DNA from: Anaerolineae bacterium
Lineage (GTDB): Bacteria > Chloroflexota > Anaerolineae > S140-20
Assembly (NCBI GenBank): GCA_027021705.1
Contig: JALUTT010000056.1
Location: 32,001-96,000 of the forward strand
Reading direction: 5' to 3'
DNA: 64,000 bases
Part shown: positions 1-8,815 of the stretch, one piece after another
Layout: every line of letters starts with the position of its first letter
Position numbering within the stretch: the stretch's first letter is position 1
Made by a program: the position numbers and the translations under genes
The notes under the pieces: model-generated
The model's database searches: none
What the model saw: only the letters and a program-made list of their open reading frames with translations
Told to the model about the DNA's origin: nothing

Positions 1-975
1 GCTCAGCGCCGCCAGGGCCTGGGCCTCCCGGACCCGACCTGCCCGTTCCGCCTCCCGCCTCAGCGCCTCGAAGCGCTCCAGGTCCACGATGGCCGGCCGC
101 CGCACCTCCCGGCTCCCCCGCCGGTAGGGGGAGGTGTGCAGGCAGCGCACCGTCACATCCACCAGCTCGCCCAGCGTCAGGGAGCCCTCAGTGCCGGCGC
201 AGAGATGATAGGTCATCCCCGGCCCGAAGCGCCGGTGCACCAGGTAGTGCAGGGCATCGGCCAGCCAATCCACGGGAATCAGGTCCACAGGACCATCGGG
301 GTCCCCCGGCAGGGCCGGCACCAGGTTGCTGGCAAGGAGGCGCAAGGTTTGGTGCAGGAAGTTGAACTGGCGCACCTCGCCCGTCCGGGAGTCCCCGATG
401 AGGCTGCTGGAGCGGTAGACGGCGATGGGCAAGTCCCCCATCAGCCCCCGCAAGTAGACCTCCGCCTCGTACTTGGTCTGCTCGTAGGTGTTGACGAAGC
501 CGGCCTGGTGAACCAGCTCCTCTTCCAGGATGCGGCCCACCCGCCGGCCGGCGACGTGGGCTGTGCTGACGTGGGCGACGGCCTCCACCCGCCGCCAGCG
601 GCGCACCTGGTCCATCAGGTTCACCACCCCCAGCAGGTTGACCTGTCGGGACTCGGCCAGGGGCCGACCGAAGTGGATGTCGGTGGCGCAGTGGACCACG
701 TGGGTAACCCGCCGGCAGAGCTCCGCGCGGACCTCCGGCGACAGTCCCAGGTCGGGAGCCGTCACGTCGCCGCGCACCGGCGTGATCCGGTCAAGGCGCT
801 CCGCCGGGGAGAGCCCCAGCGAGGCCAGGAGGTTTCGGAACCGGCCTGCCAGGTCCGCGTCGGAAGGGGCGCGGATCAGGGCGTAGACGTGGGCGTCACC
901 GGCCCTCAGGTAGCGGCGCAACAGCTCGCTGCCCACCAGGCCGGTGGCTCCCGTGAGGAAGACGACGGGTTGCAT
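1..975 (-). CDS. SDR-family oxidoreductase, thioester-reductase / fatty acyl-CoA reductase (male-sterility domain) type; 3' end runs off the window
   Basis: Manual reverse translation from ATG 975 gives MQPVVFLTGATGLVGSELLRRYL (Rossmann TGxxGxxG), GFVNTYEQTKYEAE (YxxxK) and YRSSSLIGDSRTGEV. No stop seen before position 1. It is absent from the ORF track because it has no stop. Confidence 0.85.
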   Translation of the reverse strand, partial: MQPVVFLTGATGLVGSELLRRYLRAGDAHVYALIRAPSDADLAGRFRNLLASLGLSPAERLDRITPVRGDVTAPDLGLSPEVRAELCRRVTHVVHCATDIHFGRPLAESRQVNLLGVVNLMDQVRRWRRVEAVAHVSTAHVAGRRVGRILEEELVHQAGFVNTYEQTKYEAEVYLRGLMGDLPIAVYRSSSLIGDSRTGEVRQFNFLHQTLRLLASNLVPALPGDPDGPVDLIPVDWLADALHYLVHRRFGPGMTYHLCAGTEGSLTLGELVDVTVRCLHTSPYRRGSREVRRPAIVDLERFEALRREAERAGRVREAQALAALS

Positions 976-1063
976 AGGCCACACCTCTCTGGATGCCGGG
1001 CGCTTGCGATCGCGGATCGCTCGAAGGCGCGTCCGGCGGTTCGTCCTACCGCAATCCGCCGGG

Positions 1064-1092
1064 ATTATACCTGCAACAGGGACGAAGGACAA
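1064..1092 (-). promoter_or_regulatory. sigma70-type promoter for the SDR gene
   Basis: Minus strand TTGTCC(1092-1087)-17 nt-TATAAT(1069-1064). Confidence 0.55.
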
Positions 1093-1153
1093 CCCGCAGG
1101 GACCCTCCCGCGGGTTCTCCCCACGGCACCGCGTGACCTGTGGGAGGGCGAGT

Positions 1154-1182
1154 TTGACTTTCCCGCCAAACGGATGCATAAT
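1154..1182 (+). promoter_or_regulatory. sigma70-type promoter for the dikinase operon
   Basis: TTGACT-17 nt-CATAAT, 25 nt before ATG 1207. Confidence 0.55.
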
Positions 1183-1206
1183 TTGCCTGCAAGGGATCAC
1201 ACAGCT

Positions 1207-2097
1207 ATGGACCACATAACCCTCTCCCCCACAGACGACTATCGGCACAGCCTGGAACCCGGTCAGCACGAAGCCTTCTACTTCCTCTTCACCGCTCAGG
1301 ACGGAGCGGTGTACGGCTTCCTGAGAACCCTCTTCGACCAGAAGACAGTGTTGGAGATGGCCGTTCTCCATTCCGGCGAGCGGACCTGGGCCTACCAGCG
1401 CCGTATCCCGCTCTCCGATACCCCGCCATCTCCCGGCGATGCTTCCGGTGACGCTCTGACGTTGACCTGTCTGGAGCCCTGGCAGTCGTGGCGCTGCCGC
1501 TTCCAGGGAACGGTGCGGGACGTGGCAGGGGAAGGGACGATGCCCGTCACGGTGGACCTGACCTTCGCCGCCATCAACGACCCGGCCCTCTACTCGTTCG
1601 GCCCCTACCACCAGGTCCAGCAAGACGGCCACGTCAGGGGTCAGCTTCAGATCGGGAGCCAGATATGGACGGGTGAGATGGTCTGCTGCCGCGACCGCAG
1701 TTGGGGGGTACGACCGATGGGCGTGGCCCTGAGGTGGACCCTGGCCTCCGTCCCCGACCGCCTCTACGCCGTGGTCGTGGAGACGCGGCAGGGGCCGGCT
1801 GGCTTTGGGCGCTTCCGCACGCCCGATGGTCCGTTCCGCCCCGTGCATCTCCTTCAGGTCGCCGCCACGGACGGAGGGTGGCGTCTGGAGGACCCGACAG
1901 CCGGACTGGCCGCCTGGCACGTACAGCGTATCGTCCCACCCCTGGTGGGCTACTTGGGCCCGGCAGGCCAGGAGGAGATGCGCACCGAACCTCGACCGGG
2001 TGACCTGCTGCGCGATGAACTGGGACCGGCCCTCTTCACCTCTCCCGAAGGGAAACGTTTGATCGGCTTTCTCGAACAGGCAGAGGGGCTGACATGA
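1207..2097 (+). CDS. Hypothetical protein with a probable AttH/CrtC/tocopherol-cyclase-like double beta-barrel fold
   Basis: True start is ATG 1207 (MDHITLSPTDD), since the upstream part of the ORF is antisense to the SDR. Motifs HEAFYFLF, CLEPWQSWR, HQVQQDGHVRG and RDRSWGVR resemble the GxRDHSWGxR family. The stop overlaps the next start (ATGA). Confidence 0.6.
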   Translation: MDHITLSPTDDYRHSLEPGQHEAFYFLFTAQDGAVYGFLRTLFDQKTVLEMAVLHSGERTWAYQRRIPLSDTPPSPGDASGDALTLTCLEPWQSWRCRFQGTVRDVAGEGTMPVTVDLTFAAINDPALYSFGPYHQVQQDGHVRGQLQIGSQIWTGEMVCCRDRSWGVRPMGVALRWTLASVPDRLYAVVVETRQGPAGFGRFRTPDGPFRPVHLLQVAATDGGWRLEDPTAGLAAWHVQRIVPPLVGYLGPAGQEEMRTEPRPGDLLRDELGPALFTSPEGKRLIGFLEQAEGLT

Positions 2098-3746
2098 CCG
2101 AATGGCTGCTGAGCGGCCACAACACTCAGGAATCCTTTGACATCACCCGGCCCGCGATCCTGACGATGGGTGAGGCCACCCTGGACGACCAGATCACCTG
2201 GTTTGTGGAGCAGTTGGCCGGGGATACCTCAGACCTCGATCCCACGTTGAAGCCCTCGGCCTTCGTCCAAGGCCGCTGTTACTTGAACATCGGCTACTTC
2301 GTGCGCAACATGGGGGCCGTCCTTCCCTTCGCCCCCGAGTCGGTGGGGGTGCCGGCCGACCTGATCCCGGCCAACATGACGCCCCCCGACCCCCCGCTCC
2401 GCCGAAAATTGCTGCTGCCTTGGCGGTTCCGCCGCGCCTATCGCTGGGCGAGCCATTTCTACCGCCACCGTTTCCCCAGGCTGGAACGTCGGCTGCGGGA
2501 GACCTATTGGCAACTGCGAGAGGGGTCTGACGATCCCCTCCCCCTCATCTGGTCCCTCTTCGAGCCCGACTTCTACGCGGAGGCTGAGGATAACTCCCGA
2601 GCCCACATCATCGCCGCACTGACCATCGCCGCACTGGATGGGGTGCTGCGCCAACGGGCGCCCCAGCTGCTCGGCCTCTTCGCCGGCCAGGAGACGACCA
2701 CCTCGCTGCTAGGCCAGCGCATCTGGGAACTGCGTCAGACGGCCGAGACCTGCGGGCCGGAGGTGCACCGGCTGCTCCGAGAGGGCGTGACCGACCTGGC
2801 AGCCTACGAGGCCCTGCCTGCAGCGGCCCCTCTGGTCGAGGGCATCCGCGCCTTCCTCCGCCAGTACGGCCACCGAGGCTTCCGCTACGAGGCCGACTGG
2901 GCGACCGAACGGCTGGCGGACCGGCCCGAGCACGTGCTGCTGGCAATAGCGGGACAACTGAGGGAGGCAGAGCCCCCGGAGGTGCGGGCGGAGGCGGCCC
3001 GCCAGGCGGGGATGGAAGCCCTGCGCCGGATGAACCCCCTCCGGCGAGCCCTTTGGCAGCGGCTCCTCCGCTGGGGACAGCAACTCATCGCCTGGCGAGA
3101 GGCTTCCAAGAGCGTCGGCGCCCTCCGCCAGGCGGCCTACGGGCTGGCAGCCCGGCTGTTGGCCCGCCATTTCTACCCCGACCAGCCCGACGACACGATG
3201 ATGTTCTACACCCTGGAGGAGTTCCTGGCCTTCGTGCGCAGCCAGGGGCAGGAGCGGGTGGATCAAGCAACCCTGGACCGCCGCCGCGCCCAGTTCGAAC
3301 TCTATCGGAACCAACCCCCACCCCCGGAACTGATCTGGTACAACCCCCACACCCGCCACTGGCGACCGGCCCTGGAGGTCGAGGAAGAGACGGCGGCCAC
3401 ACCGGCAACGCGGCTGGAGGGAATTGCGGCAAGCGCGGGAAGCGGGCCGGCCGAGGGAATCGCGGTGGTGACCAACGACCCCCTCGACGCCGGCCGAAGG
3501 CTGCTGGAAATGGAAGAGCCGGTGGTGCTGGTCACCCGGCTGACCGACCCCGCCTGGTCGGGACTCTTCCGGCGACTCAGCGCCGTCGTGACCGAACTGG
3601 GCGGGGTCATCTCCCACGCCGCCATCGTGGCCCGGGAGAACGGCCTCCCCGCCGTCGTCGGCGTCCCTGAGGTCACACGGCTGGTGCGAGATGGACAACG
3701 TCTGCGTGTGGACGGCGCGGCTGGCGTCGTCGAAATCCTGGAATGA
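2094..3746 (+). CDS. PEP-utilising-enzyme mobile (phospho-His swivel) domain protein with N-terminal RPH-like substrate-binding domain, paralogue 1
   Basis: C-terminal LVTRLTDPAW...VTELGGVISHAAIVARENGLPAVVG swivel signature. YGHRG and RExxK motifs typical of the rifampin-phosphotransferase/PigC middle domain. No ATP-grasp domain. Confidence 0.85.
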   Translation: MTEWLLSGHNTQESFDITRPAILTMGEATLDDQITWFVEQLAGDTSDLDPTLKPSAFVQGRCYLNIGYFVRNMGAVLPFAPESVGVPADLIPANMTPPDPPLRRKLLLPWRFRRAYRWASHFYRHRFPRLERRLRETYWQLREGSDDPLPLIWSLFEPDFYAEAEDNSRAHIIAALTIAALDGVLRQRAPQLLGLFAGQETTTSLLGQRIWELRQTAETCGPEVHRLLREGVTDLAAYEALPAAAPLVEGIRAFLRQYGHRGFRYEADWATERLADRPEHVLLAIAGQLREAEPPEVRAEAARQAGMEALRRMNPLRRALWQRLLRWGQQLIAWREASKSVGALRQAAYGLAARLLARHFYPDQPDDTMMFYTLEEFLAFVRSQGQERVDQATLDRRRAQFELYRNQPPPPELIWYNPHTRHWRPALEVEEETAATPATRLEGIAASAGSGPAEGIAVVTNDPLDAGRRLLEMEEPVVLVTRLTDPAWSGLFRRLSAVVTELGGVISHAAIVARENGLPAVVGVPEVTRLVRDGQRLRVDGAAGVVEILE

Positions 3747-5430
3747 CGTCCCTTCGCCTTCACCCCTGACGACGCCGGAACGGCGTCGGATTCCAGACAG
3801 ACACGGAGGCCCCTATGACCGAGCAGTCACCAAGCGGATACCCCCCGGGATCGCCGGACCACCCGACGACCGAGTGGCTGCTGAGCGGACACAACACCCA
3901 GGAGTCAACCGGCGTCGCCCGGCCGGTGACCGTGACGATGACCGAGGCCGGGCTGAATGCCCAGATCCGCTGGTTCCTGGGCCAGTTGGCCGGCGATACC
4001 TCAGACTTCGACCCAACCCTGCCTCCCTCGGCCGTCGTCCAGGGCCGGCTCTACCTCAACATCAACTACTACACCCGCAACATGGCCCTGGTGCTTCCCT
4101 TCGACCCCGAATCGGTGGGGGTGCCGGCCGACCTGGTGCAGGATACCGCCCAGATTCCCCGAGGGCGGCTGCTGCGCCTACCCGGTCGCTTCCGCCGCAT
4201 CTACCGTTGGGCGGCCGACTTCTACCGCCGTCGGCTGCCGGAGCTGGACCGCCGGCTGCGCGAGACCTACTGGCAGTTGCGCGAGGAGCCCGACGACGCC
4301 CTCCCCCTCATCTGGTCCCTCTTCGAGCCCGACTTCTACGCCTTCTCCCGGGAGACCGACCGGGCTCACATCGTCATCGCGCTGACCATCACGGCGCTGG
4401 ATGGGGTGCTGCGCCAGCGAGCGCCCCAACTGCTCAGCCTCTTCGCCGGCCAGGAGACGGCAACCTCGCTGATGGGGCAGCGCATCTGGGAACTGCGCCA
4501 GACAGCAGAAGCGTGCGGGCCGGAGGTCCATCGGCTGCTGCAGGAGGGGGTGGCCGATCTGGCAGCCTACGAGGCCCTGCCCGTAGCGACCCCTCTGGTC
4601 GAGGGCATCCGCGCCTTCCTCCGCCAGTACGGTCACCGGGGCTTCCGCTATGAAGCCGATTTCGAGACCGAGCGGCTGGCGGACCGGCCCGAGCACGTGC
4701 TGCTGGCGGTGGCGGGGCAGATGCGGGAAGAAGAGCCCCCGGAGGTGCGGGCGGAGGCGGCCCGCCAGGCGGGGATGGACGCCCTGCGCCGGATGAACCC
4801 CCTCCGGCGAGCCCTTTGGCAGCGGCTCCTCCGCTGGGGACAGCAACTCATCGCCTGGCGCGAGGACTCCAAGAGCAACATCGCGTTGCGTCAGGCCACC
4901 TATGGGCTGGCAGCCCGGCTGTTGGCCCGCCATTTCTACCCCGACCAGCCCGACGACACGATGATGTTCTACACCCTGGAGGAGTTCCTGGCCTTCGTGC
5001 GCAGCCAGGGGCAGGAGCGGGTGGATCAAGCAACCCTGGACCGCCGCCGCGCCCAGTTCGAACTCTATCGGAACCAACCCCCACCCCCGGAACTGATCTG
5101 GTACAACCCCCACACCCGCCACTGGCGACCGGCCCTGGAGGTCGAGGAAGAGACGGCGGCCACACCGGCAACGCGGCTGGAGGGAATTGCGGCAAGCGCG
5201 GGAAGCGGGCCGGCCGAGGGAATCGCGGTGGTGACCAACGACCCCCTCGACGCCGGCCGAAGGCTGCTGGAAATGGAAGAGCCGGTGGTGCTGGTCACCC
5301 GGCTGACCGACCCCGCCTGGTCGGGACTCTTCCGGCGACTCAGCGCCGTCGTGACCGAACTGGGCGGGGTCATCTCCCACGCCGCCATCGTGGCCCGGGA
5401 GAACGGCCTCCCCGCCGTCGTCGGCGTCCC
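3141..5430 (+). repeat. Direct repeat, identical by eye over ~527 bp, between the paralogues (3141-3667 = 4904-5430)
   Basis: Both copies read the same from gggctggcagcccggctg to gtcgtcggcgtccc, offset 1763. Confidence 0.85.
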
Positions 5431-5509
5431 CGACGTGACCCGCCGGGTACGCGACGGGCAGCGCCTGCGTGTAGACGGTGCCACCGGCATCGTCGAGATC
5501 CTGGAGTAA
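3815..5509 (+). CDS. PEP-utilising-enzyme mobile domain protein, paralogue 2
   Basis: Same architecture as 2094..3746 and highly similar to it; GGAGG RBS before the ATG. Confidence 0.85.
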   Translation: MTEQSPSGYPPGSPDHPTTEWLLSGHNTQESTGVARPVTVTMTEAGLNAQIRWFLGQLAGDTSDFDPTLPPSAVVQGRLYLNINYYTRNMALVLPFDPESVGVPADLVQDTAQIPRGRLLRLPGRFRRIYRWAADFYRRRLPELDRRLRETYWQLREEPDDALPLIWSLFEPDFYAFSRETDRAHIVIALTITALDGVLRQRAPQLLSLFAGQETATSLMGQRIWELRQTAEACGPEVHRLLQEGVADLAAYEALPVATPLVEGIRAFLRQYGHRGFRYEADFETERLADRPEHVLLAVAGQMREEEPPEVRAEAARQAGMDALRRMNPLRRALWQRLLRWGQQLIAWREDSKSNIALRQATYGLAARLLARHFYPDQPDDTMMFYTLEEFLAFVRSQGQERVDQATLDRRRAQFELYRNQPPPPELIWYNPHTRHWRPALEVEEETAATPATRLEGIAASAGSGPAEGIAVVTNDPLDAGRRLLEMEEPVVLVTRLTDPAWSGLFRRLSAVVTELGGVISHAAIVARENGLPAVVGVPDVTRRVRDGQRLRVDGATGIVEILE

Positions 5510-5522
5510 GGGAGATAGACGG

Positions 5523-6476
5523 ATGAGCGAGATCCTCTTCACCCCCTGGGAAGGAGACGAGGAGCGCCCCCTCCCACCCTTGGAAGCGGTAGGTGGCAAA
5601 GGGCACGGTCTCTACTGGTTGGCCATTCACGGCTTTCCTGTGCCCCCCACCTGGGTGCTCAGCACGGCCGCCTTCGACCTGGCCCTCCAGCGAACCGGAC
5701 TGGGGGAGCAGGTTGCGGAGATCGAGCGAACCATCCTCAGCCTTGAGGACGATTGGGCCACATCCCAGGAAGCGTTGAAAACCCTGGAGCCGATACGCCA
5801 GAAAGTGTCCACGGCGCTGCAACGGGTCGCCCTGCCCGATCGGGTGGGCCGGGCGTTGGAAAAACTGGTGTTGATGCCCACCCAGTGGGCGGTCCGTTCC
5901 TCCGCCACGGCGGAGGACAGCCTCCAGCACAGTTTCGCCGGCCAATTCCTCTCGCTGCTCTCCGTGCCCTCAGGGGTAGCCCTTTGGAAGGCCGTGCGCC
6001 AGGTGTGGGCCTCGGCCTTCGGCCAGAAGGCGCTCACCTACTGTGCCCAAAACCGGATCCCACTCCCCAAGATGGCGGTGATCCTCCAGCCTATGTCCCC
6101 CATCACCGCTCGGGACCGATCGGGCGTGATCTTCAGCCACTCGCCGGTGCCCACGCTGCCCGGCGTGTTGATCCAGGTCGCCTTTGGGACAGGTGAAGTG
6201 GTTGTCGGAGGCTACGGCGGCGACCTTTACAGTGTGCAGGGGGACGAGGTCCAAATCCAGCCGATGCCGGCCGCCCACATCCGGGTGACCGATCCCAAGG
6301 GCTACACGACAAGGGCGGCAACCCCTCCCGGGACAGCCCTCACCGAAGCGGAGGCCCGGCACCTGGCCGCCCTGGCCCTGCAGGTCTCCGAGCAATGGGG
6401 AGGGCCGGTGAACATCGAGTTCGTGTGGCAGGCGGGTCAGGACCCCGTCTTGGTCCAGGTCCGTCCTGCCAAGTAG
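5523..6476 (+). CDS. Stand-alone PEP/pyruvate-binding (PPDK/PEP-synthase N-terminal ATP-grasp) domain protein
   Basis: VGGKG, GFPVP, AVRSSATAED, SFAGQF, MAVILQ, SGVIFS, NIEF and LVQVRP motifs; start ATG 5523 after GGAG. Confidence 0.9.
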   Translation: MSEILFTPWEGDEERPLPPLEAVGGKGHGLYWLAIHGFPVPPTWVLSTAAFDLALQRTGLGEQVAEIERTILSLEDDWATSQEALKTLEPIRQKVSTALQRVALPDRVGRALEKLVLMPTQWAVRSSATAEDSLQHSFAGQFLSLLSVPSGVALWKAVRQVWASAFGQKALTYCAQNRIPLPKMAVILQPMSPITARDRSGVIFSHSPVPTLPGVLIQVAFGTGEVVVGGYGGDLYSVQGDEVQIQPMPAAHIRVTDPKGYTTRAATPPGTALTEAEARHLAALALQVSEQWGGPVNIEFVWQAGQDPVLVQVRPAK

Positions 6477-6608
6477 CGTCGCGGGGAGAGCAGTGGTGTC
6501 TACCGTACGATTCAAATGATCAAGCAGGCTACAGGCCGGGAACCGGAGATCTACCTGGAAGGGAATGAACTGGTGGTCTCTCTGCCTCGAAGGGCCAGGG
6601 GGTAAGGG

Positions 6609-8348
6609 ATGAACCGTACACGGCTTGTCTTCTTCGTCATTCTCTTGGTGGCCTTTTTGATCGTAAGCATCGGGCTGCTGATGCGGGGTCTCCGGCAGAT
6701 CGCCGGTCCAGCAGGTGCCGGGGAGGTCGGTACCCCGCTGCCGCGCGACGCCATCGTCGTCTCCATCCAATCATCCAACACCAAGCAGGATTGGATGAAC
6801 CAGGTCGTGGAGTCCTTCAACGCAGCGGGCTATACCGTGGAAGGGCGGCCCATCGTCGTCACCGTGGAGCACGTGGGCTCCGGCAGTTCGATGCAGGCCA
6901 TCCTCGACGGGGAGGTGCAGCCCGTGGTCTGGAGCCCCGGCAGCAACCTCTGGGTGACCCGCATCAACCAGGCCTGGGAGGACCGGACGGGGCGGCGGCT
7001 GATCACCGGAGACTGCCCGGCTACGCTGCGCCTCCCTTTGGGCATCGCGATGTGGCGTCCGATGGCCGAGGCCCTGGGCTGGCCCGACAAGCCCATCGGC
7101 TGGAACGACATCGCCGCCCTGGCCAACGCTCCGGAGGGCTGGGCGGCCTACGGCCATCCCGAGTGGGGCCAGTTCAAGTTCGGCCACGCCCACCCGGAGC
7201 ACTCCAACTCCGGGATGCTCTCCATCGTCGCCGAGGTCTACGCGGCGGTGGGTACCACCGAGGGGCTCACCGCCGAGATGGTGAAGAGCGCCCCGGTGGT
7301 CGAGAGCATGCGGGCCGTTGAGCAACGGGTCTTTCATTACGGCAAGAAGGATACCGACATCCTGCTTCGGATGACCCAGCGGGGCCCCGAGTACCTCCAC
7401 GCCGTCACCAGCTACGAGGCCAACGTCATCAAGTGGAATCGGGACCACGCCGACGAACTGCGCTTTCCCCTGGTGACCATCTACCCCAGCGACGGCACCT
7501 TCTGGGTGGAGAACCCCTACTGCATCCTGGACAACGCCGACTGGGTGAGCGAGGAGCAGAAGGAGGCTGCGGCCATCTTCCGGGACTACCTCCTCTCACC
7601 GGAGCAGCAGGCGCGGGCGGTGGACTGGGGGCTGCGACCGGCAGATCCCAACGTTCCTCTACGCACTCCCATTGACCTGGAGCATGGGGCCATTCCTTCC
7701 ATCACAATGAACGACGTCCCCCACCTGGCCTACCCCTCCGATGCCATCGTAGGACACATCCTCGATGTCTGGCACCAGGTCAAGAAGAAAGCCACCGTCG
7801 TCCTCCTGCTGGACACCTCCGGGAGCATGCGAGGGGAGAAGATCAAGGGGGCGGTCGAAGGGGCGACGCTCTTCTTGGAGCAGATGTACCCCGACGACGA
7901 GGTCTACGTCATCACCTTTGCCACCGACGTGCTCGAACTGCCGACTTCCGGGCGGGTAGGGGTCGTAGGGGAGTCATTGCGCACCTCGCTTCAGGGCCTC
8001 TACGCCGAAGGGTCAACGGCCCTTTACCAGGCGGTCCTCCAGGCCCTGAGGCGCATCGAGGAGCTACGGGCCGAGGATGAAGCGGCGGGGGAGGCCCGTA
8101 TCTACGGCATCGTCTTGCTCTCCGATGGGAAGAACGAGATCGTGGGCGGTCCTTCGTGGAACGACGTCCTCAGCCGCCTCCCGTCGGGGATGGAGGCCAG
8201 CGGCGTCAAGATCTACACCGTCGCCTACGGGGAAGATGCCGACGAGGACGTGCTCCGCACCCTGGCCAACCGGACCAACGGGAAGTTCTTCACCGGTGAT
8301 GTAAAGAACATCGCCGATGTTTACTTCCTGATCTCGTCGGAGTTCTGA
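6609..8348 (+). CDS. Membrane-anchored extracellular solute-binding-like domain fused to a C-terminal VWA domain
   Basis: N-terminal TM; HPEHSNSG SBP-like region; VWA MIDAS LLDTSGSM, GSTALY, VLLSDG, YTVAYG. Confidence 0.85.
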   Translation: MNRTRLVFFVILLVAFLIVSIGLLMRGLRQIAGPAGAGEVGTPLPRDAIVVSIQSSNTKQDWMNQVVESFNAAGYTVEGRPIVVTVEHVGSGSSMQAILDGEVQPVVWSPGSNLWVTRINQAWEDRTGRRLITGDCPATLRLPLGIAMWRPMAEALGWPDKPIGWNDIAALANAPEGWAAYGHPEWGQFKFGHAHPEHSNSGMLSIVAEVYAAVGTTEGLTAEMVKSAPVVESMRAVEQRVFHYGKKDTDILLRMTQRGPEYLHAVTSYEANVIKWNRDHADELRFPLVTIYPSDGTFWVENPYCILDNADWVSEEQKEAAAIFRDYLLSPEQQARAVDWGLRPADPNVPLRTPIDLEHGAIPSITMNDVPHLAYPSDAIVGHILDVWHQVKKKATVVLLLDTSGSMRGEKIKGAVEGATLFLEQMYPDDEVYVITFATDVLELPTSGRVGVVGESLRTSLQGLYAEGSTALYQAVLQALRRIEELRAEDEAAGEARIYGIVLLSDGKNEIVGGPSWNDVLSRLPSGMEASGVKIYTVAYGEDADEDVLRTLANRTNGKFFTGDVKNIADVYFLISSEF

Positions 8349-8383
8349 CCTTCCCAGGACCATCGGCTGGGAGGTCTCCCTCC

Positions 8384-8532
8384 TAGGGCTTTTCAGCCAG
8401 CGCCCTAACCCTTGGGGGGAATCCTCCCGCAGGTCCTCCCCACGGCCTAAAGCGCGTCGTAGGCCGCTCCCGACAAGCTATGGTGATCGCCGGGTACCGC
8501 GGGGCCTGCGGGAGGGTGATTGAAAAGCCCTA
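8384..8532. repeat. Palindromic MITE-like element with 12-bp terminal inverted repeats
   Basis: tagggcttttca(8384-8395)/tgaaaagcccta(8521-8532); inner stems cctcccgcagg/cctgcgggagg and cggccta/taggccg. Confidence 0.55.
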
Positions 8533-8548
8533 TTCCCCCCAGACTCGT

Positions 8549-8577
8549 TTGCCCCTTCTCCCGGCCTGAGGTATAAT
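8549..8577 (+). promoter_or_regulatory. sigma70-type promoter
   Basis: TTGCCC-17 nt-TATAAT. Confidence 0.65.
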
Positions 8578-8583
8578 CTTCCT

Positions 8584-8715
8584 GAGTCCCCGCCAGCCCG
8601 TTCTGAGTGCCTGACCCACCCCTCCGATGCCTGCCTCTTCTCCGGCCCCTTCTGGCGCTGGAGGTGCAGGGAAACGCGCAAGTGCCGGTCGTTGCGCTCC
8701 TGGCGGGCTACGGAC
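8584..8715 (+). ncRNA. Candidate rod-shaped structured RNA (6S-like or a 5' leader)
   Basis: Begins at the expected TSS. Nested pairings gtcc/ggac, agcccgtt/ggcgggct, gagtgc/gcgctc, tgacc/ggtcg, then a central bubble, then apical cctgc/gcagg and ctccgg/ctggag. Confidence 0.3.
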
Positions 8716-8815
8716 CGGTCAGGAGTGATGTCCATCCACCAAGTCCAACCGTCCTTACCCCGACCGAAGCCATTGAGTTTCCACCGGTACAGTAGTTACG
8801 GATAGAGGGCAAGCG

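Noticed and set aside
136..1206. N-terminal 357 aa of the 653-aa plus-strand ORF
   Set aside because: It is the antisense shadow of the minus-strand SDR plus intergenic promoters. The real start is ATG 1207.
3141..5430. Diversity-generating retroelement template/variable repeat pair
   Set aside because: No reverse transcriptase, the copies are identical rather than adenine-mutated, and both lie within intact paralogues.
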